A stretch of DNA of 64,000 nucleotides from Lama glama (taxonomy: Eukaryota), in the NCBI GenBank assembly GCA_028534125.1, contig CM052816.1, positions 8,682,001-8,746,000 on the forward strand, read 5' to 3'. Below are positions 1 to 13,705 of this stretch, piece after piece. A program made the translations under genes and the position numbers. A model generated the notes under the pieces. That model was not told the DNA's origin, made no database searches, and worked only from the letters and a program-made list of their open reading frames with translations. Position 1 is the first letter of the stretch. Each line of letters begins with the position of its first letter.

Positions 1-1699
1 CCTTTAAGAAAGTGTCCCTCTATGGGGGTCCAGTGGTATTGCCCCTCCTGGTGATCTGGCCACAGGACTGGCCATCAGGGCATCCCCTCTCCTATCCACT
101 GTGATTGGTCAGGGACTGGACAATGGACCCAAGCAAGGCCAGTTGAAATCCTCCTATGAGATTTAGTGCATGAAAGCTGAGAACAAGAGGGTGACTCTTC
201 CTTTAGATTCTGAGATGTAACGGTACATACTTGGAGCTGTTGGGAGCCGCCTTCTCCCACCATGCAGAAAAGGCCTCCTTGACAATAAAGCTAACCTGGA
301 GAGGAAAACAGCTGGGAGATGGAGTGAAAGTCAGTCCCCCGAAAACACTGTTTGTACTGAATGCAACCAGGCCTGACTTGACACCCTCCTGGTAACCCTT
401 CCAGTTATGAAGTCAGTATGTTCTTCTTTATGTCTAAGCTGGTCTGGAACCTGAGGAGTTCTGAGTGATGCTCCATCCTGAGACCTTGGCTCTGTTAGGC
501 GTCTTCTGTATTCCCATCAGACAGCCTTGGAGTAAGGAAGGCCCCAGAGCCAACAGAGACATGTCCTCTCTGATTGTCAGCAAAGTCGCAGCTCTTGGTT
601 CTAACTTAGCGCCTTTCCCCCATCCACAGGATGCAGACAGATTGAGTTCTACTATGTTGGCCTTTCCCAGGCTCCACAGGACTGGTCCAGCTGAATGGGC
701 AAGGGAACACTGACAAGGAAGCTGGCATCAGTCATTGACAGGCCCTAACATTCTGTATATAGGACCAACCAAGAAATACCCTCTTTCTGTTCTTATAAAG
801 TTACCCCCCCCCCGTTACTGCATCCTAGAACACTCCCCGGCCCTGCATGTCTCAGTCAATACACAAGGAGGTCTGGCCACCCTGCAGACAGCGCTAGAAG
901 GTAGGAGGAGAATGAAAAGATCATCTAATCAGATTTACCCTCTGCCTTCAGGAAAGAGAAGTGCAGGTGGTTCAGGCTTCATTCAAAAAGAGTGTCTGAG
1001 ACAGAACTCTGTACTAAATGTTGTGAGGGCCAAAAGGAAGAAAAGCCCATAGTTCTGGCTCTCCTCAAAGAAGGGAAACAGCTTCATCCAACATCCCAGC
1101 AGGAGGAAGTCTCTGATAAATGTTGCTGGAACAGAGGATGGTGAGATGGGTTCTCCCCATCAGGGGAGGAGGGATTCTGAGAGCTTCATGGAGAGACTCG
1201 TTCATCTGTCGCGTACTTGTGGAAGTCTTACCTTATGCCAGGCAGTGTGAAAGGCATGGGGGTGACAGGGAGGGGCATTCTAGGCCGAGGAAGGAGTCTG
1301 TGCAAAGGGACTGTGGTCACATTCAGAAGCACTGGGCTGGAAGTTGAGGCTACAGTCATAGAGCGGGACTATGGGCTGGAAAGGCAGTAACAGTGGGGTA
1401 AATTTTGGAGGAATTTTCATGAAACAAACTGGATGGGGAAAGTTGAGCTGGGAAATGGGAAGCACAGGAGACAGCATGCAGTATGAGGAATACTGAAATT
1501 GCTCTAGGGCTGAGATTCACAGGCCATTTAGCTCTGGTATCAACATCAGAGACAGTTTTAAAAGCAGTTAACTAAGTACTCTTTCCTATACTAACCCCAG
1601 TCTTCAAAATTCTAAAATCAAAGTTTGCATTTGGAGGTTTGTCTAAACCTCATTGTGACCTATTTATGCTTTCAGCAGACGGCTCCTCTTACAGGAATT

Positions 1700-1930
1700 A
1701 CGGTTCAGAACCCAGGCTCTGGAGTTGAACTGCCATGATTCAAATTGCACTACTAGCTGTGTGGCCTTGAACAAGCTGCTTAACCTCTCTGTGCCCTCAG
1801 CTTCCTTTTGAAATGAGGATAACAATAACACCTCCTCTGTAGGATTACTGTGAGGATTAAGTGAGATAATACATGGAAGGTACTCAGTAAATACACTTAC
1901 CGGAGCACAGTAAATGTTCACAAGGAGGCA
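1700..1930. mobile_element. MIR (one of many; others near 2905-3140, 5400-5620, 6470-6660, 13790-13975, 14110-14320, 18060-18200, 19860-20090, 38310-38545, 41180-41350)
   Basis: MIR core CTAGCTGTGTGGCCTTGAACAAGCTGCTTAACCTCTCTGTGCC...GTGAGGATTAAGTGAGATAAT. Confidence 0.8.
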
Positions 1931-2324
1931 GCTACTACAATTAGTAACAGTGGCAGGAACATCAGCTTGAAACAATTACTCCTGATGTGTAGAAGAGACC
2001 CTGTCTCTGTCACCAACCTCTCATACATTCTGGGGACTGGCCGCAAGGTCTGCTATTTTCCAAGCAGAGCCTCCTCTGCTTCTGAGGTCCAGAGCCTGGG
2101 AAAGTCTGGAGTCGCAGTTCTATCCTTGCTTTCATGGTCTTATCCATTAATGGAGGGAGAACAGGGAGGCGAAAGTTCCAGAAGGTCCCCATAGCCTCCT
2201 CCAAAGCACCTGTTTGAAAGGCCCAAACCTCACCCCATTCCAGCCCATGCAAACATCTGGCTGAAGGTGCTGTGAGGCCTCCCCTGGCTATTCCCCGGAG
2301 TTGCCCCAGTCCCAGAGTACTCAC

Positions 2325-2654
2325 CTGGGCCAAGGTGCCCTCTGCCCTCTGTAGCACTTGCTCTGCAAGGTCCCTCTGGAGGGTCACAAATGTGCACAGG
2401 ATCTGGCCCAGCCACTGCACGGCCAGCTGGTTAAACTGTGGGAGCTCGGCCACCAGCAGGGAGTTGAGGGCCTGGTACGTGTGCCGGGCCATCTCCTCCT
2501 CGTAGGTCATGCTGCCCACCTCCAGCAGCTTCTCTTCCACCCTCTCAAAGTCCAGTAGTTTGTCCAGACGCTTCTTGATCAGGTTCTGAGGGCCAGCCAG
2601 GGTTTTGGTCAGGCTGCATAGTGGCTGCCACACCAGACCTTCCAGACGCTGCTT
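2325..2654 (-). CDS. ARHGEF37: ARHGEF37 exon 9 (BAR domain); gene continues beyond the window start
   Basis: 330 nt, [15 protein letters not shown]...[17 protein letters not shown]...[17 protein letters not shown]...GTLAQ, a BAR-type KKRxDKLLDF motif. ccacAG acceptor, CAG|GTGAGT donor. Confidence 0.96.
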
Positions 2655-3297
2655 CTGTGGGGAGAGGAGAGCTTGGGAGTAGGGGAAAGAGGTGGCAGAG
2701 GGCAGCACAGGGAGAAGGGGCTTTGGAGGTAGGCAGGACTGGGCTCCAGTCCCACTCCTACAGACCAGCTGTGACCTCTAGCATATTACCTAATCTTTCT
2801 GGGCCTCGACATGCCCATCTGAAAAATGGGGCCAATGTATGTAACAAGCTTACAGAAGTGTCACTTCTTAATATGGTTACTGTGCACAAACCTTAAAAAA
2901 GATTTTTATGGAGTGGTGGTCAAAAGCATAGTCTTTGTGGCTTAGATCCCAGCTTCCTACTGACCATCTGAAAATCTAGGAAGGTCGCCCCCTCTGAGTC
3001 TCAAGCTCTCATCTGCAGAATGGGGCTACTAACAGCACATACCCTGTACGCTGGATTGTGAGGATTAAATGAGGTAAAGAATGTAAAGAGTTTAACACAG
3101 TGCCTGGCCAATAGCAAGGCTCAATAAATGTTAGTTGGGGCTATTTCTATCAGTAAAACACACTAATAATAATCTCTGCCCTGCTGACTGCCCAGAGCCG
3201 TTATGGATGTGACAATCATGGAAACAGCCTGACTTCTAAATATTATTCTTACGGGATTGGCCACCTGCCTAACAAAGGAAGGAGAAGTTCCACTCAC

Positions 3298-3408
3298 AAA
3301 CTCGGGGAAGGCCTGGAGCTGCAGGTCTCTTGCCAGGTAACGGTACTGCACCACAGGGGCCCCAGGAATGTCCAAATCATATTCCTGAGGCCGGAAGCGG
3401 AGGAAAGC
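3298..3408 (-). CDS. ARHGEF37: ARHGEF37 exon 8 (BAR domain)
   Basis: 111 nt, [37 protein letters not shown]. atccAG acceptor, TTT|GTGAGT donor. Confidence 0.93.
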
Positions 3409-5138
3409 CTGGATGGGGTCAAACGAGACAGCCAATCACAGCGCGTCGTGGTCATCTCACACCTGAATCCCCCTCCACCACAGCCCAGGAGAGGTTGCCC
3501 AGGCTGCCTGCATACCTCCACTATGCATCTGCACAATCGATTCTAACCTTGCACAACTTGGCTGATCAGAAAGTTCTCCCTTACACTGAGCCAACATCTT
3601 TCTCTCTATTCCAATGCTCTCCCAACTTCGTACATCTGCATACCCCCTTGGTGATGTTTTGCCACATCCATATTCCATGTGTTCTATTGATACTTTTTCT
3701 TAAATCAACTAAGCATTCCTATTTAAATCAATGCATTAAAAAAAAATCTTATGGTACTCCCATAAAGGGAAAACCAGTAATAATTGTCATAAATAAGCAT
3801 GTAAGAATAACTGCTATAAAAACAATGTTATTAAGCTCTGACTGGGCATCATAGCCTGCTACAGGCTCTCAGCCCAAGACTTGCTCAGCCTGATTGTTAT
3901 AGACATGCCAGCCAAAGAGGCTTTTCCTGGACTCTGAGGATTAAAAGAGAGAGTCATTTGCTCACTATGGGATTCCATGTCAACACTGTACCTGTCGTGT
4001 AAATCCTGCATTTAAGGAAACGCAGCCTTAATGCTTCCAAATATCTGTTTTCCTCTGCAAAGCCAGATGTTTCTCTCATGGGCCTCTGGTTTCTCTCTCT
4101 CTCTCAAGGCCCCTCCATTCTTTCTCTGAGGGTCTTCCCCTTCTGGCTCACTGTGCTGTTCATATCTTTCCACTTGGGGGGTCCAGGATGAGCCGGAACA
4201 AGCAAGGGATGTGCCTCACACAGAGGCCACGTAACTATGATCTCCCTCCTTTCACATACTTCCAATAACGCCACCCCAAATCCTATTACCCAAAGAGCCT
4301 TCTATGACCTGACTGAGCTGCTTTGCGCAAATGGATGTGACTGAGAACAAAACCACGTAAGAGGGATTAAGCGGTTGGAATGAGTCAGCAATGCTGACAA
4401 GAATGAAGGGGGAATTTTGGCGTAAGGAGAGAGATATGCTGGATGGAAATGCAAACTAGTGTCTCTGTGGGCTGAATTTGGCTTGCAGAAATATATTTTC
4501 TTAGGCCTGCATAACATTTAAATTTTTATTTAATTAATTGCTCACATGGTCACATCATGAGATTTCACCTAAAATTGTTAGTTTTCTTTTTTCCTTAAAA
4601 TCAGAAGGACTGGCTGCAGTGGGTTCACATTCCCACACAGCAACAACTCCCCTGAGCCAAGGAAGAGCTGCCTCCTTAGATTTTACTCATTCATTCGTTC
4701 ATTTGGTCATTCAAACTCCAAATATTACCATATATTGAACTCTACCAAAAAAGTCTCATAAACAGATGTTAAGTTTTGTATACTTGCACACTTTACTCAA
4801 TAATATTACCTGCCTCGTCCCTTTGAGCACCCAAGTTTGTCACCCTGGTCTAAGAGCATCCCTCCAGAGGGCTCTGATTCCAGTGAATTTTGACCCTGCC
4901 CAGTGGGAACCTCACCCTCTGAGAACTCAACGGGCTCAGAAGCTGCCCCAGTCAGATGACCTGTAAGCTGAGGGGTGCTTGCATGTGGCCCCTCTTCTGG
5001 CCTGAGGCAAGCAACTGGATGATCTTCCTTTAGGTTTTTGCAACTGGTGCCTTTATTAGTTTGTTCAGTGGGCCCTGCATGCCTCCTGCCCGGGAAGCTC
5101 AGCCCCGCCCCACCCATTATTAACCACAGGATCCTCAC

Positions 5139-5243
5139 CTCCAGGTTATCTAGGTAAGCAGCCACGTTGTTCTTCAGCTCAGTCACACAGAGCGACACCC
5201 AGTGGAACCTCTCTTCTAAGTCATCAAATTCCTTGTCTTCTGT
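5139..5243 (-). CDS. ARHGEF37: ARHGEF37 exon 7 (BAR domain start)
   Basis: 105 nt, [35 protein letters not shown]. ttctcAG acceptor, GAG|GTGAGG donor. Confidence 0.95.
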
Positions 5244-5928
5244 CTGAGAATGAAGTTATGCTTGTGAAGGCTGAGAACATCCAAATGGGGGCAGTGTACA
5301 CCCCATACCCCTGTTGCAAATCCTCAGTGGGGACCACCTTTCCACAGACTCATCCTTCAGAGGCAGTTCCTCTAGACCCAAAACCGAGTGGGATGATTAG
5401 AAGCAGTGAGTGCAGCTTAGTGATGCTGCATTCAGACCATGGAATAAGACACTTGAGCCTATGAGTCCTGGTTCACTTACTTCCTGGCTGTGTGAACTTA
5501 GGCAAGGGTTTTACCTTTTCTGAGCATGTTTCCTCCTCTGCAACATGAGGATAATATGAATACCTACTTCACTGTGTGGATCAATTAATGCCTGGTTCAG
5601 AGAAAGTACACAGTCAACCTGAGCTGCTACTAGAAGCTGTTCAAGGCTGGTTTCTTGCCCAGACTCAGATATTAGCTCCCTGATCTATATAAACAGGCCC
5701 CAGAGAAAGAGCAACACAAGATGCAGTGGAGAAAGCCCTACCCTGTCTCTTCAGAATTAAGTGGGGGTGCCAACTCTGCCTCTTCCTGGCTACGCAATGC
5801 TGGGAAGTTCACTCCCTCAGCCTCCGTTTCCTCATCTCTGAAGGGAGTCTAAGACCCCTGCCCCACCACTGCACAGTCTTGTCCCTTGGGATGGTTGGGA
5901 CGGTACCCTTCCTCCCACCCGTGCTCAC

Positions 5929-6059
5929 CTTGGATACGAGCCCTGCCTCCTGCTTCAGCAGCTGGCTCAGCCGGGTGGTCTTCTTGGAGAGGGTGTGTGT
6001 GTTGATGCGGGCCAGTCGCTCCCGGAGGCTCAGCTGCTCCACCTTGGTGTACTTGGAGG
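5929..6059 (-). CDS. ARHGEF37: ARHGEF37 exon 6
   Basis: 131 nt, (A)[43 protein letters not shown]. tgcAG acceptor, AAG|GTGAGC donor. Confidence 0.95.
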
Positions 6060-6729
6060 CTGCATCAACAGAGGAGAAGGAAGGCACATGGACCAGAGCC
6101 AACCCAGGAAAGCAAGGGCCCCTGACATACCCAGCTAGGCACCTGCTTGGGCCTTCTTCCCAAATATCAGGGTCGCACCTATTAGAATGGCGAGTCGCAG
6201 AAGAAAAGCACTGGGCTCAGAGCCCTCACTCTGAGGTGAGAGCCCTGGCTGAAGAGCTTCCTGACTTCTTGAGCCTCAGTTTCCTCATTTGTCAGTGAGG
6301 CTTGCCACCTCACAGGATCACTGGGAGGATCACATAAAATAACGATGTGAATGTGCTTTCTAAAGAAGAAGTCAAGTGAGAGGTGATTTGCCTAAAGTCC
6401 CTCAGTTCCAAGTCAGGTTGGAACCACGCTTTCCCACTTATGGCTCAGGGCCTTCAACTGATCTGTCACCTGACCCCGCACCTGAGTTTGAAACCTGGCT
6501 CTGGCCTTTTACCAGCTCTGTGACCCAGAGCAAATGACTTAAACTCTCATTTTACCCAACTGTGAAATGGGGCTAATAGTGCCAACCTCAGAGCTATTGT
6601 TAGGATCAAACAAGATAATGAATGAAAAAATGTGCCATAGTTACCCCTCAGTAAACATTAACTAAATTGTCATTACTACACTGTCTCAGTTGTGCAGTTG
6701 AGCTTTTCTTCTACTTAGGACACTACTGC

Positions 6730-7262
6730 AATTTCCAGACCTTTCTGTTTTAACAACCTGCACAGCCATGTGGTTTGGATAAGACTGATCCCACTTTAGT
6801 TCAAGGGGTGGGTGCTGTCAGCATAAGCCAATTCATATAATCCCATCCCCTGGACACAGAGATTGGTTCAAAGAAGGGCACATAACCCAAGGCATTCCTC
6901 TAGCCATGGCAATTGGTGAGCACATGACCCACATGAGTCCTATCAGAGTAAAGCTCCAATTTAAGTATTACAGCTAGGAGGAGAATGGTCCCATTTTATC
7001 CTGGAAGGTGCGGTGTGCAGATGTGAGTCTTAGAATAGCAATAGCCATTTACTACTATGAGGGAAGCTAACCTGAAGAGGAAGGTGACACAGAGTAAATG
7101 CAGCGACAAGAGAATTACAAGGAAATGAAGCCAGCACCCTGATCAAACCCTACCTAAAGCCCATCTTACCTGTAGATTTGTGGGTTACATGAGGTGCTAT
7201 ATTTTCTTTACTGGTGAAGCCAGTTGGAGATGAGTTTTTTGTAACTAGAAGCATTTTTACTC
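6730..7262. mobile_element. Old ERVL/MaLR-type LTR relic; a similar element lies at about 50-470
   Basis: GATTGGTTCAAAGAAGGGCACATAACCCAAG motif, similar to GTGATTGGTCAGGGACTGGACAATGGACCCAAG near position 100. Family uncertain. Confidence 0.55.
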
Positions 7263-7296
7263 ACGTACCCATCCCCTAAGTGACCTAAGTCCTTAC

Positions 7297-7496
7297 CCAC
7301 TTCTTTGCGCCTCTTGTACTCATTGATGTTGGTGATCACGTCCTGGAGGGCAGAGGTAGCCCTCTGAAGGACAGCATAGGCACTGGCATCAGGAAGTGTG
7401 TTCTCCAGAATTTTCTGCAGCAGCAATGGGTATTTGGTAATCCTCTGAAAAGGGATTACCAGCAAAAAACTGAGGCCTGAGGATCCAGCTTGCGGC
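7297..7496 (-). CDS. ARHGEF37: ARHGEF37 exon 5 (DH domain C-terminal part)
   Basis: 200 nt, [33 protein letters not shown]...[11 protein letters not shown], containing the DH motif PxQRxxKYPLLL. tcAG acceptor, TGG|GTAAGG donor. Confidence 0.96.
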
Positions 7497-9525
7497 CTGA
7501 GGGAGAAGGCTAGTGTTAGGTAGGCAAAGTTCACCCCTCGGGACTCAGGGGGGCTCTGTCTCTAGTCCCAGCTCTGCCATTTAACTCACTGTGTGATCTC
7601 AGGCAAGACACCCTCCTTCTGTGGTCCTCGGTTTCCATATTTGTAATGTGTGAGGTCTAGACGTTAGATGGTGCTGCTAGTTCTCACTTTACCCCTTTCT
7701 GGGCCTTGGTTCCCCATCTGTACTAAATCCAATGGTCAGTTCCCTTCCATCAGCTTACTTGGTCTCTCAACAGCATTCAAAGCTGACTGCTCCCTCTTTC
7801 TCAGAACACGTTCTTTTTTGGTCCCAGAGATGCTCTTTGTCTCACTCTCTTGGCCTCCTCTGCTCACTTCTCTCCAATGCCAGAGTGCCCCAGGGCCTCC
7901 CCATCTCCCTCTCTCTCCACTCACTCTCTTCCTGATCTCATTTAGTCCTATGGCTTTAAACACATCCCAAACCCAGATCTCTACTTTCAGCTTCTCTCCA
8001 GAGCTCCAGACTCACGCAGTCAACTGTCTACGTGAGATCTCCACTTGGATATGTATGTTCCAAGCACAACTGTGTATGTTGGACATCCACATGATATTTC
8101 ATTTAATAAAATGGTTCTGTTGCTTTATAAAAGAAAAGCTTTTAAGATCTCAGGAACTTAATGTTTAAAGATGCACTTACGGTATTTAAGGGTAAAAAGC
8201 TGTAATATCTGGAATTTCCTTTAAATTGTTTAACATAAGATTATATGAGGCAAACAGCAAACACTAATACTTATTAACTTCAGGTGGTGGGTATGTGGGT
8301 ATTCATAACATTATTCTATTTTTCTATAGGCTTGAACATTTTTATTTAAAAAAGGAAAATGTAAAACAAAACAAAGGAACTAATAGTGTCACGGTCCCTT
8401 CCAGATGTACCATTTGATACAAGGATAACTATTTCTAGTCCCCTTTTTGACAATGTCTGGAATTTGCAGAAAGAATGCCCAAGTCAATGGCATCTGGGAA
8501 GAGATTTCAACAGTTTTTCCTTGATCATGACCAGTAGCCCTCAGACCCACTTTCTGAGAAACCCACGAAGGTTTCAAATTCAATGTCTAAGCATGCCTCC
8601 TCCAAGAAGACTCAGAAATGCTGTTTACAATCATTATCTGGCCTCCTCTCCACGGTACTCTTGCCTCTTGTTTTTCTTCCTACGGAAAAATCTCCAGACC
8701 AAATGTCCAGGGAAGATCAGCCATGAGGCTAGAAACAGCAGGTGGGAGCGCCCTCATTAGCTGCAGGGGATGGGGGTGCATGGTGGGATTACCTGTCAGG
8801 ACACACCTGCGCTGACCATCTGCTCTCATCCAGAGTTTCCTAGTGTGGGCAGGTTAGGTGGAAACAGTCACCAGAATTTGCAGAACTCTGTCCTCTGGGC
8901 TTACTCACGGGGACACCTGTCACCTCACAAATCAGAGGGGAGTGGGGCCTTCAAGGAAATGATTACATCTCTTCTCCAAAAATACCAAGGAGTCATTGCC
9001 TAATTACGGCAGTCTCTTGCATTTACAGCCTTTCCAAGGTAATTTGGAAAACACTCTTTATGTAGCCTTTCAGGTAGACAACAAAAATTGAAGGATAATA
9101 GCCAGAGCTGGGTGAGTATGGGGAAACCAGCCCTCTTACATTCTCCTGGTGGGAGTATCAGTTGGTGGGATCTTTTTGAAGAGAAGTTTGACAATTTGCG
9201 AAATGTACAAACTCTTTATTCTATCAATCACACTATAAAAATCTACCCACAGAAATATCAACTCAAGTGAGCAAAGATAAAGGTAGAAGTTACTCAGCAA
9301 CTCTATTTACGATAGTACAATTTTGGAAATAACCCAAATATCCATTAATAGGGGAATGGTCAAGTAAACCACAGACTATGAGCTGCCCTGGAAAGGAACT
9401 CTATGCAGCCATTAAAAAGAACATGGTAGAACAATTCATACTGTCATGAAAAGATATTTATGGCCATGGTTAAGTGAAAAAGTAAGTTCTAGAACAGCAT
9501 GTATAGTAGGAGTCCCTTAAAAATG

Positions 9526-9548
9526 CATCCATCCATCCATTCATCCAT

Positions 9549-9597
<49 letters not shown>

Positions 9598-9642
9598 ATA
9601 TCTATCTATCATCTATCTATCCATCCATCCATCCATCCATCC
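9526..9642. repeat. Compound microsatellite (ATCC)n(TATC)n(ATCC)n
   Basis: Directly visible tetranucleotide arrays. Confidence 0.95.
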
Positions 9643-11715
9643 AACAAACTACACTTTCCCATGGGAAGTCTATGTCCTGTCTGTCCATAAATACACAGAA
9701 TAAAATTTAGATGACAGAAAGAATGTCATTCCTGCCACAATATTAGATCAGAGGATCATTGAGGACATACTGAAAACTTGTAGGCTCCAGGGTGCTGTAG
9801 GCATTTAGTGGGCAGGGACCAGGGCTGCAGGATATCCTACAAGGACAGTCCTACACTGTGCGGAATTGTTCTTTGTCTCATATGTCCCTCTCAACATTCA
9901 GGGACTGAATGAATGCCTTGAAATGGGCTGCAATTTAAGAATTTTTGTGACACTTGGACTCCATCCAGTCTCATATCATTACCCTTGGAATTACTATGAC
10001 ACCACCTTTTGCAAATAAGACCCAGATCATTTGCAAGAGCATCATACTTCCTTATTTCCTCTGCCTCCCAAGTATGTAATATTATCCCTACTTTAATCAT
10101 GTTCTTTCTTTCTCTTATCATACACAAGGAAGTCAAGTTTCATATCACTGCTCGTTCTTATTCCAAGGTACACATATTCTCTGTTCTTTACTTTTTCTGT
10201 ACTTCCTGTACAGAATGGCTTTTGACTTTTCTTTGCTTAAATCCAAAATTATTTATTATAAGTAGATGCAAGCATCTGATTGTTTCATTGTATCTTCCAG
10301 TGTAGAGGTGCCCAAGCATTTGTACACTGAAATATATATTTCTTTATTAGAAATTATTTTCCTTTTATTTCTCCTTTACATTTTGGTTAAGCTATTATAC
10401 TGGTTTGCTTCAGTCACGTATACAGGTAGAAGATATGTATCTTCTTTCCAGAATATATCTCAGGATAATAAATGTGTCTAATGTTTGTAGTAAAAATGGG
10501 ACCAACAGAGCTGAAAATCACAGTGTGATATCAGAGAAGCATAATCCTTGCCTAGCCAAGATAAGTATAGTGGCTGGGCTTTACTGAGTATCACTTGCAT
10601 GCAATGAGTTTATGTCTCCATGAGCTGCTATTATTACTCCCACTCTACATGTAGGGAAACTAGGCTCTGAGACACAAAATGGCTCTTCCCAGGTGAATAG
10701 GGGCAGAGCCTAATCCACTACCAGGCAGCCTGGCACCAAAGTCTATGAGAAAAGCTTGGATTCACCTGGCTGGGAAGACCAGAGTGCAGAAGATGTAACA
10801 AATAGCAGCCTCTGTGCCAACCAGGGCCCCTGTACAGTGTTTCTACATGTCTGAACTACATACCAACATTTAACACTTGGGAGACTTACATCAAAGTTTC
10901 TGGTTTGTCTTGAAAGATCAGAGGATCTGGCCACAGTGGAATCATATTTCTGCATGGCAACTGAGACAGATGGTTTACAAAAAATGGTTATTTTACTATC
11001 TGCATCTATATCCTTTGAATATGACTTTGGAGCTTCTCACATCAAGAAGTGGGGTCTCCTTCTCCATCACTTGAGTCTGGCACAGCATGCCAATTCCCAG
11101 CCAAGACCTCAAAAGACAAAGCTGAGTCAGCCCGTGCGTCCAGATACGTAAGAGCGCCCAGCCAACATCAGCAAAGCTGACCCCTCGCTGATCACAGACA
11201 CGTGAGGGTTTTCAGACAGGAAAAGAAGAATCATTTACTGAGCCTAGCTAAACTGCTAACGTGCAGAAGTGTGACCTAAAGAAATGTTTGCTTTAAACAT
11301 ATTTTGGGGGTGTTTTATATGTTAAACCACTATGTTCATTACAGCAACAGCTATGCAACACAGCAACACTCAGCTGAGGCTGGGCTGCAACTGCACTCTA
11401 TACAGGGTCTGCTGGCTCTGGTTCGCCACAGTCTCCACTACTCCCTTTTGTACTATATCTGGCATCTTGCTTCCCTCATTTCTGTTATCTGCCTCACATC
11501 TGAAGAAATGTATTCAGTGACCCTTGCAAAAGCTTAAATTTGTAAGATCCATGATGGGATCAAAAGAATCAAAGGAGAATATGAGTGTAGGTTTTTTTTG
11601 GAGGCAGGGAAGGGCTAGATACTTGAAAAGGAGGCTTCAGGGGGCTAAGGATAAGATAAGGGAGAGAAGAAGGACAAGGAGCAGGAAGCTATGAGATTAT
11701 AAGAATATATGAGAT

Positions 11716-11968
11716 GTTGCAGGGGAGGGGAGGGATAAATTGGGAGTTCAAGATTTGCAGATACTAATATATATAAAATAGATAAAACAACAAGTTCATA
11801 CTGTATAGCACAAAGAACTATATTCAATATTTTGTAGTAACTTATGGTTGAAAAGAATATGAAAATGAATATATGTATGTCCATGTATGACTGAAGCATT
11901 ATACTGTACACCAGAAATTGATACACATTGTAAATTGACTGTACTTCAATAAAAATACATATTAAAAA
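11716..11968 (+). mobile_element. Short L1 3'-end insertion (artiodactyl/camelid type)
   Basis: L1 3'UTR motif GGGAGGGATAAATTGGGAGTT...ACTGTATAGCACA...TGTAAATTGACTGTACTTCAATAAAA. Perfect 15-bp TSD AAGAATATATGAGAT at 11701-11715 and 11969-11983. Confidence 0.9.
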
Positions 11969-13557
11969 AAGAATATATGAGATAATGTCAACTTCAAAGA
12001 CCTAAATCTCCACTGTCTTTCTCTTGGGTATAAAGGAAAAGTCTAAGTAAGATAAAATAATAATAAAAACTTTTGTTCCTCCCACATTATTCTGATTTCT
12101 AGAAAATAGCCTTCATTTATTTCCATTTGGTGAGCTTGTCCTAGGACGATATAAGCTTTTCTAAAACAGAAAAGAGGCAGAATAATTCACAGGCAAGGAA
12201 ATATAAATGACTCTTAGATATACAAAAAGATGATCAACTTATCAACATAAGATAAATGCAAAATGAAACCATACTAAGATGCAATTTTCCACCTATCTTG
12301 GTGAGAAATATTCTATAATTTAATAACACACTCTGCTGGTGTGGCTATGGAGAAACAGACACCCTCGTACATTGCTCATGGGAATGTCAATTGGAATAGC
12401 CTCTCCCGAGGGAAATTTTGCAGTATTACAAAACTTATCAATACATACTTCCATTGAGTAAGCAACTCTACCTCTGGAAATCTACCTTACAGAAATACTT
12501 GCACCTGAGTGAAATAACATATGTTCATGAATAATCACTGTAGCACTATCTATACTATCAAAAGAATAGAAACAAACCAAAGTCCATTAATAGAGACCAG
12601 TTAAATGAACTGTGGAATGGCCACATGGTAGAAAACCATGCAGCTGTTTAAAGAATCATACATGGATGTATTGAAATAGAAAGACCTCCAAGATATATTG
12701 TAAGTAAAAACTAAAACAAACTTCCACTAAAAAGGTAGGAAAATAAGGTATGAATTTGTATTTGCTTACATAGGCATAATTGGGTATAAGAAAAGACAGA
12801 GTTGAGAAGATTTTTTTTGTAACTGTATAAATTCAGTATGTTTTAAAGCTTTTGAACCATGTAGCTGTTCAAACTTTTAATTAAAAAAATTTTTTTCTCT
12901 ACATGTATCTACTTGGAGCTTCCGCCACTGGTCCCAGCTCTGAACTGAGAGGCCCCCCAGGGCAGTTCTGACCCTTTTTCTTGGAATGAGACTTCAGCCA
13001 TCTATAGAGAGGCCTCCTCAGGTGATACAAACCTGCTTCCTGGCAAAGCTGCTTACAGCACACAGTTCCCACCATCTCCCTGCACTTCCTATGGTAGTTA
13101 TGAGCGCTGTTCACCAAATGCTTCTGCTTTTCCACCTTGAGAGATACGGCAGGATAGCAAGCCCTTGCCTTGGCTGGATGAAGCCATGTGATTAGTTCTG
13201 GCCCATGAATTATGAGATACAATGGCTATCATTTCTGGTCTACAGCATGTAATTACCAGTGTTAGACCCCCTCTTCTCCTTTGTCAAATTACTGGCAATA
13301 TTCCAGACAGTAATTGCTGTTAGCTTGGGTCTCAGAGTGAGGATAACGTACAGAAGAGCCCCAAGATAATCCACAATGGAGCATAAGAGTACAGATCTTG
13401 TTGTCTGAAGCCACTGAGAGGTGGGAGTTGTTTGTCTCTGCAGCATAGCCTGACCTAGCCTGACTGGGACACTCCTGAAGCAGTGTGACCAGCACCAAGC
13501 AGGGGTTCGACCTTTAAGGCCCCTGACTTTGGGGTGCATGGGGGTCATTCTACTCAC

Positions 13558-13705
13558 AGCACTGCCTCAATGACACTCTGGATCTCCTGCTGCAGCTCCG
13601 GCTCCTTCCGGTAGGTCTCCACCAGCAGCAAGGCCTGTTCATAGTTGGCACAGTAGACCTTATAGACTTGCTCCAGGTCCTCTTGGAATTCCAGGAATAA
13701 GTTAC
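13558..13705 (-). CDS. ARHGEF37: ARHGEF37 exon 4 (DH domain)
   Basis: 148 nt, (G)[48 protein letters not shown](L). gtcAG acceptor, GCT|GTGAGT donor. Confidence 0.95.

Noticed and set aside
1..2324. Search for ARHGEF37 exon 10
   Set aside because: No convincing in-frame exon found; the region is LTR, L2-like and MIR relics, so the exon probably lies outside the window.
3330..6298. Plus-strand ORFs 3330-3854 and 5726-6298
   Set aside because: Antisense to ARHGEF37 exons 8 and 6 and running into repeats, with no coding signature.
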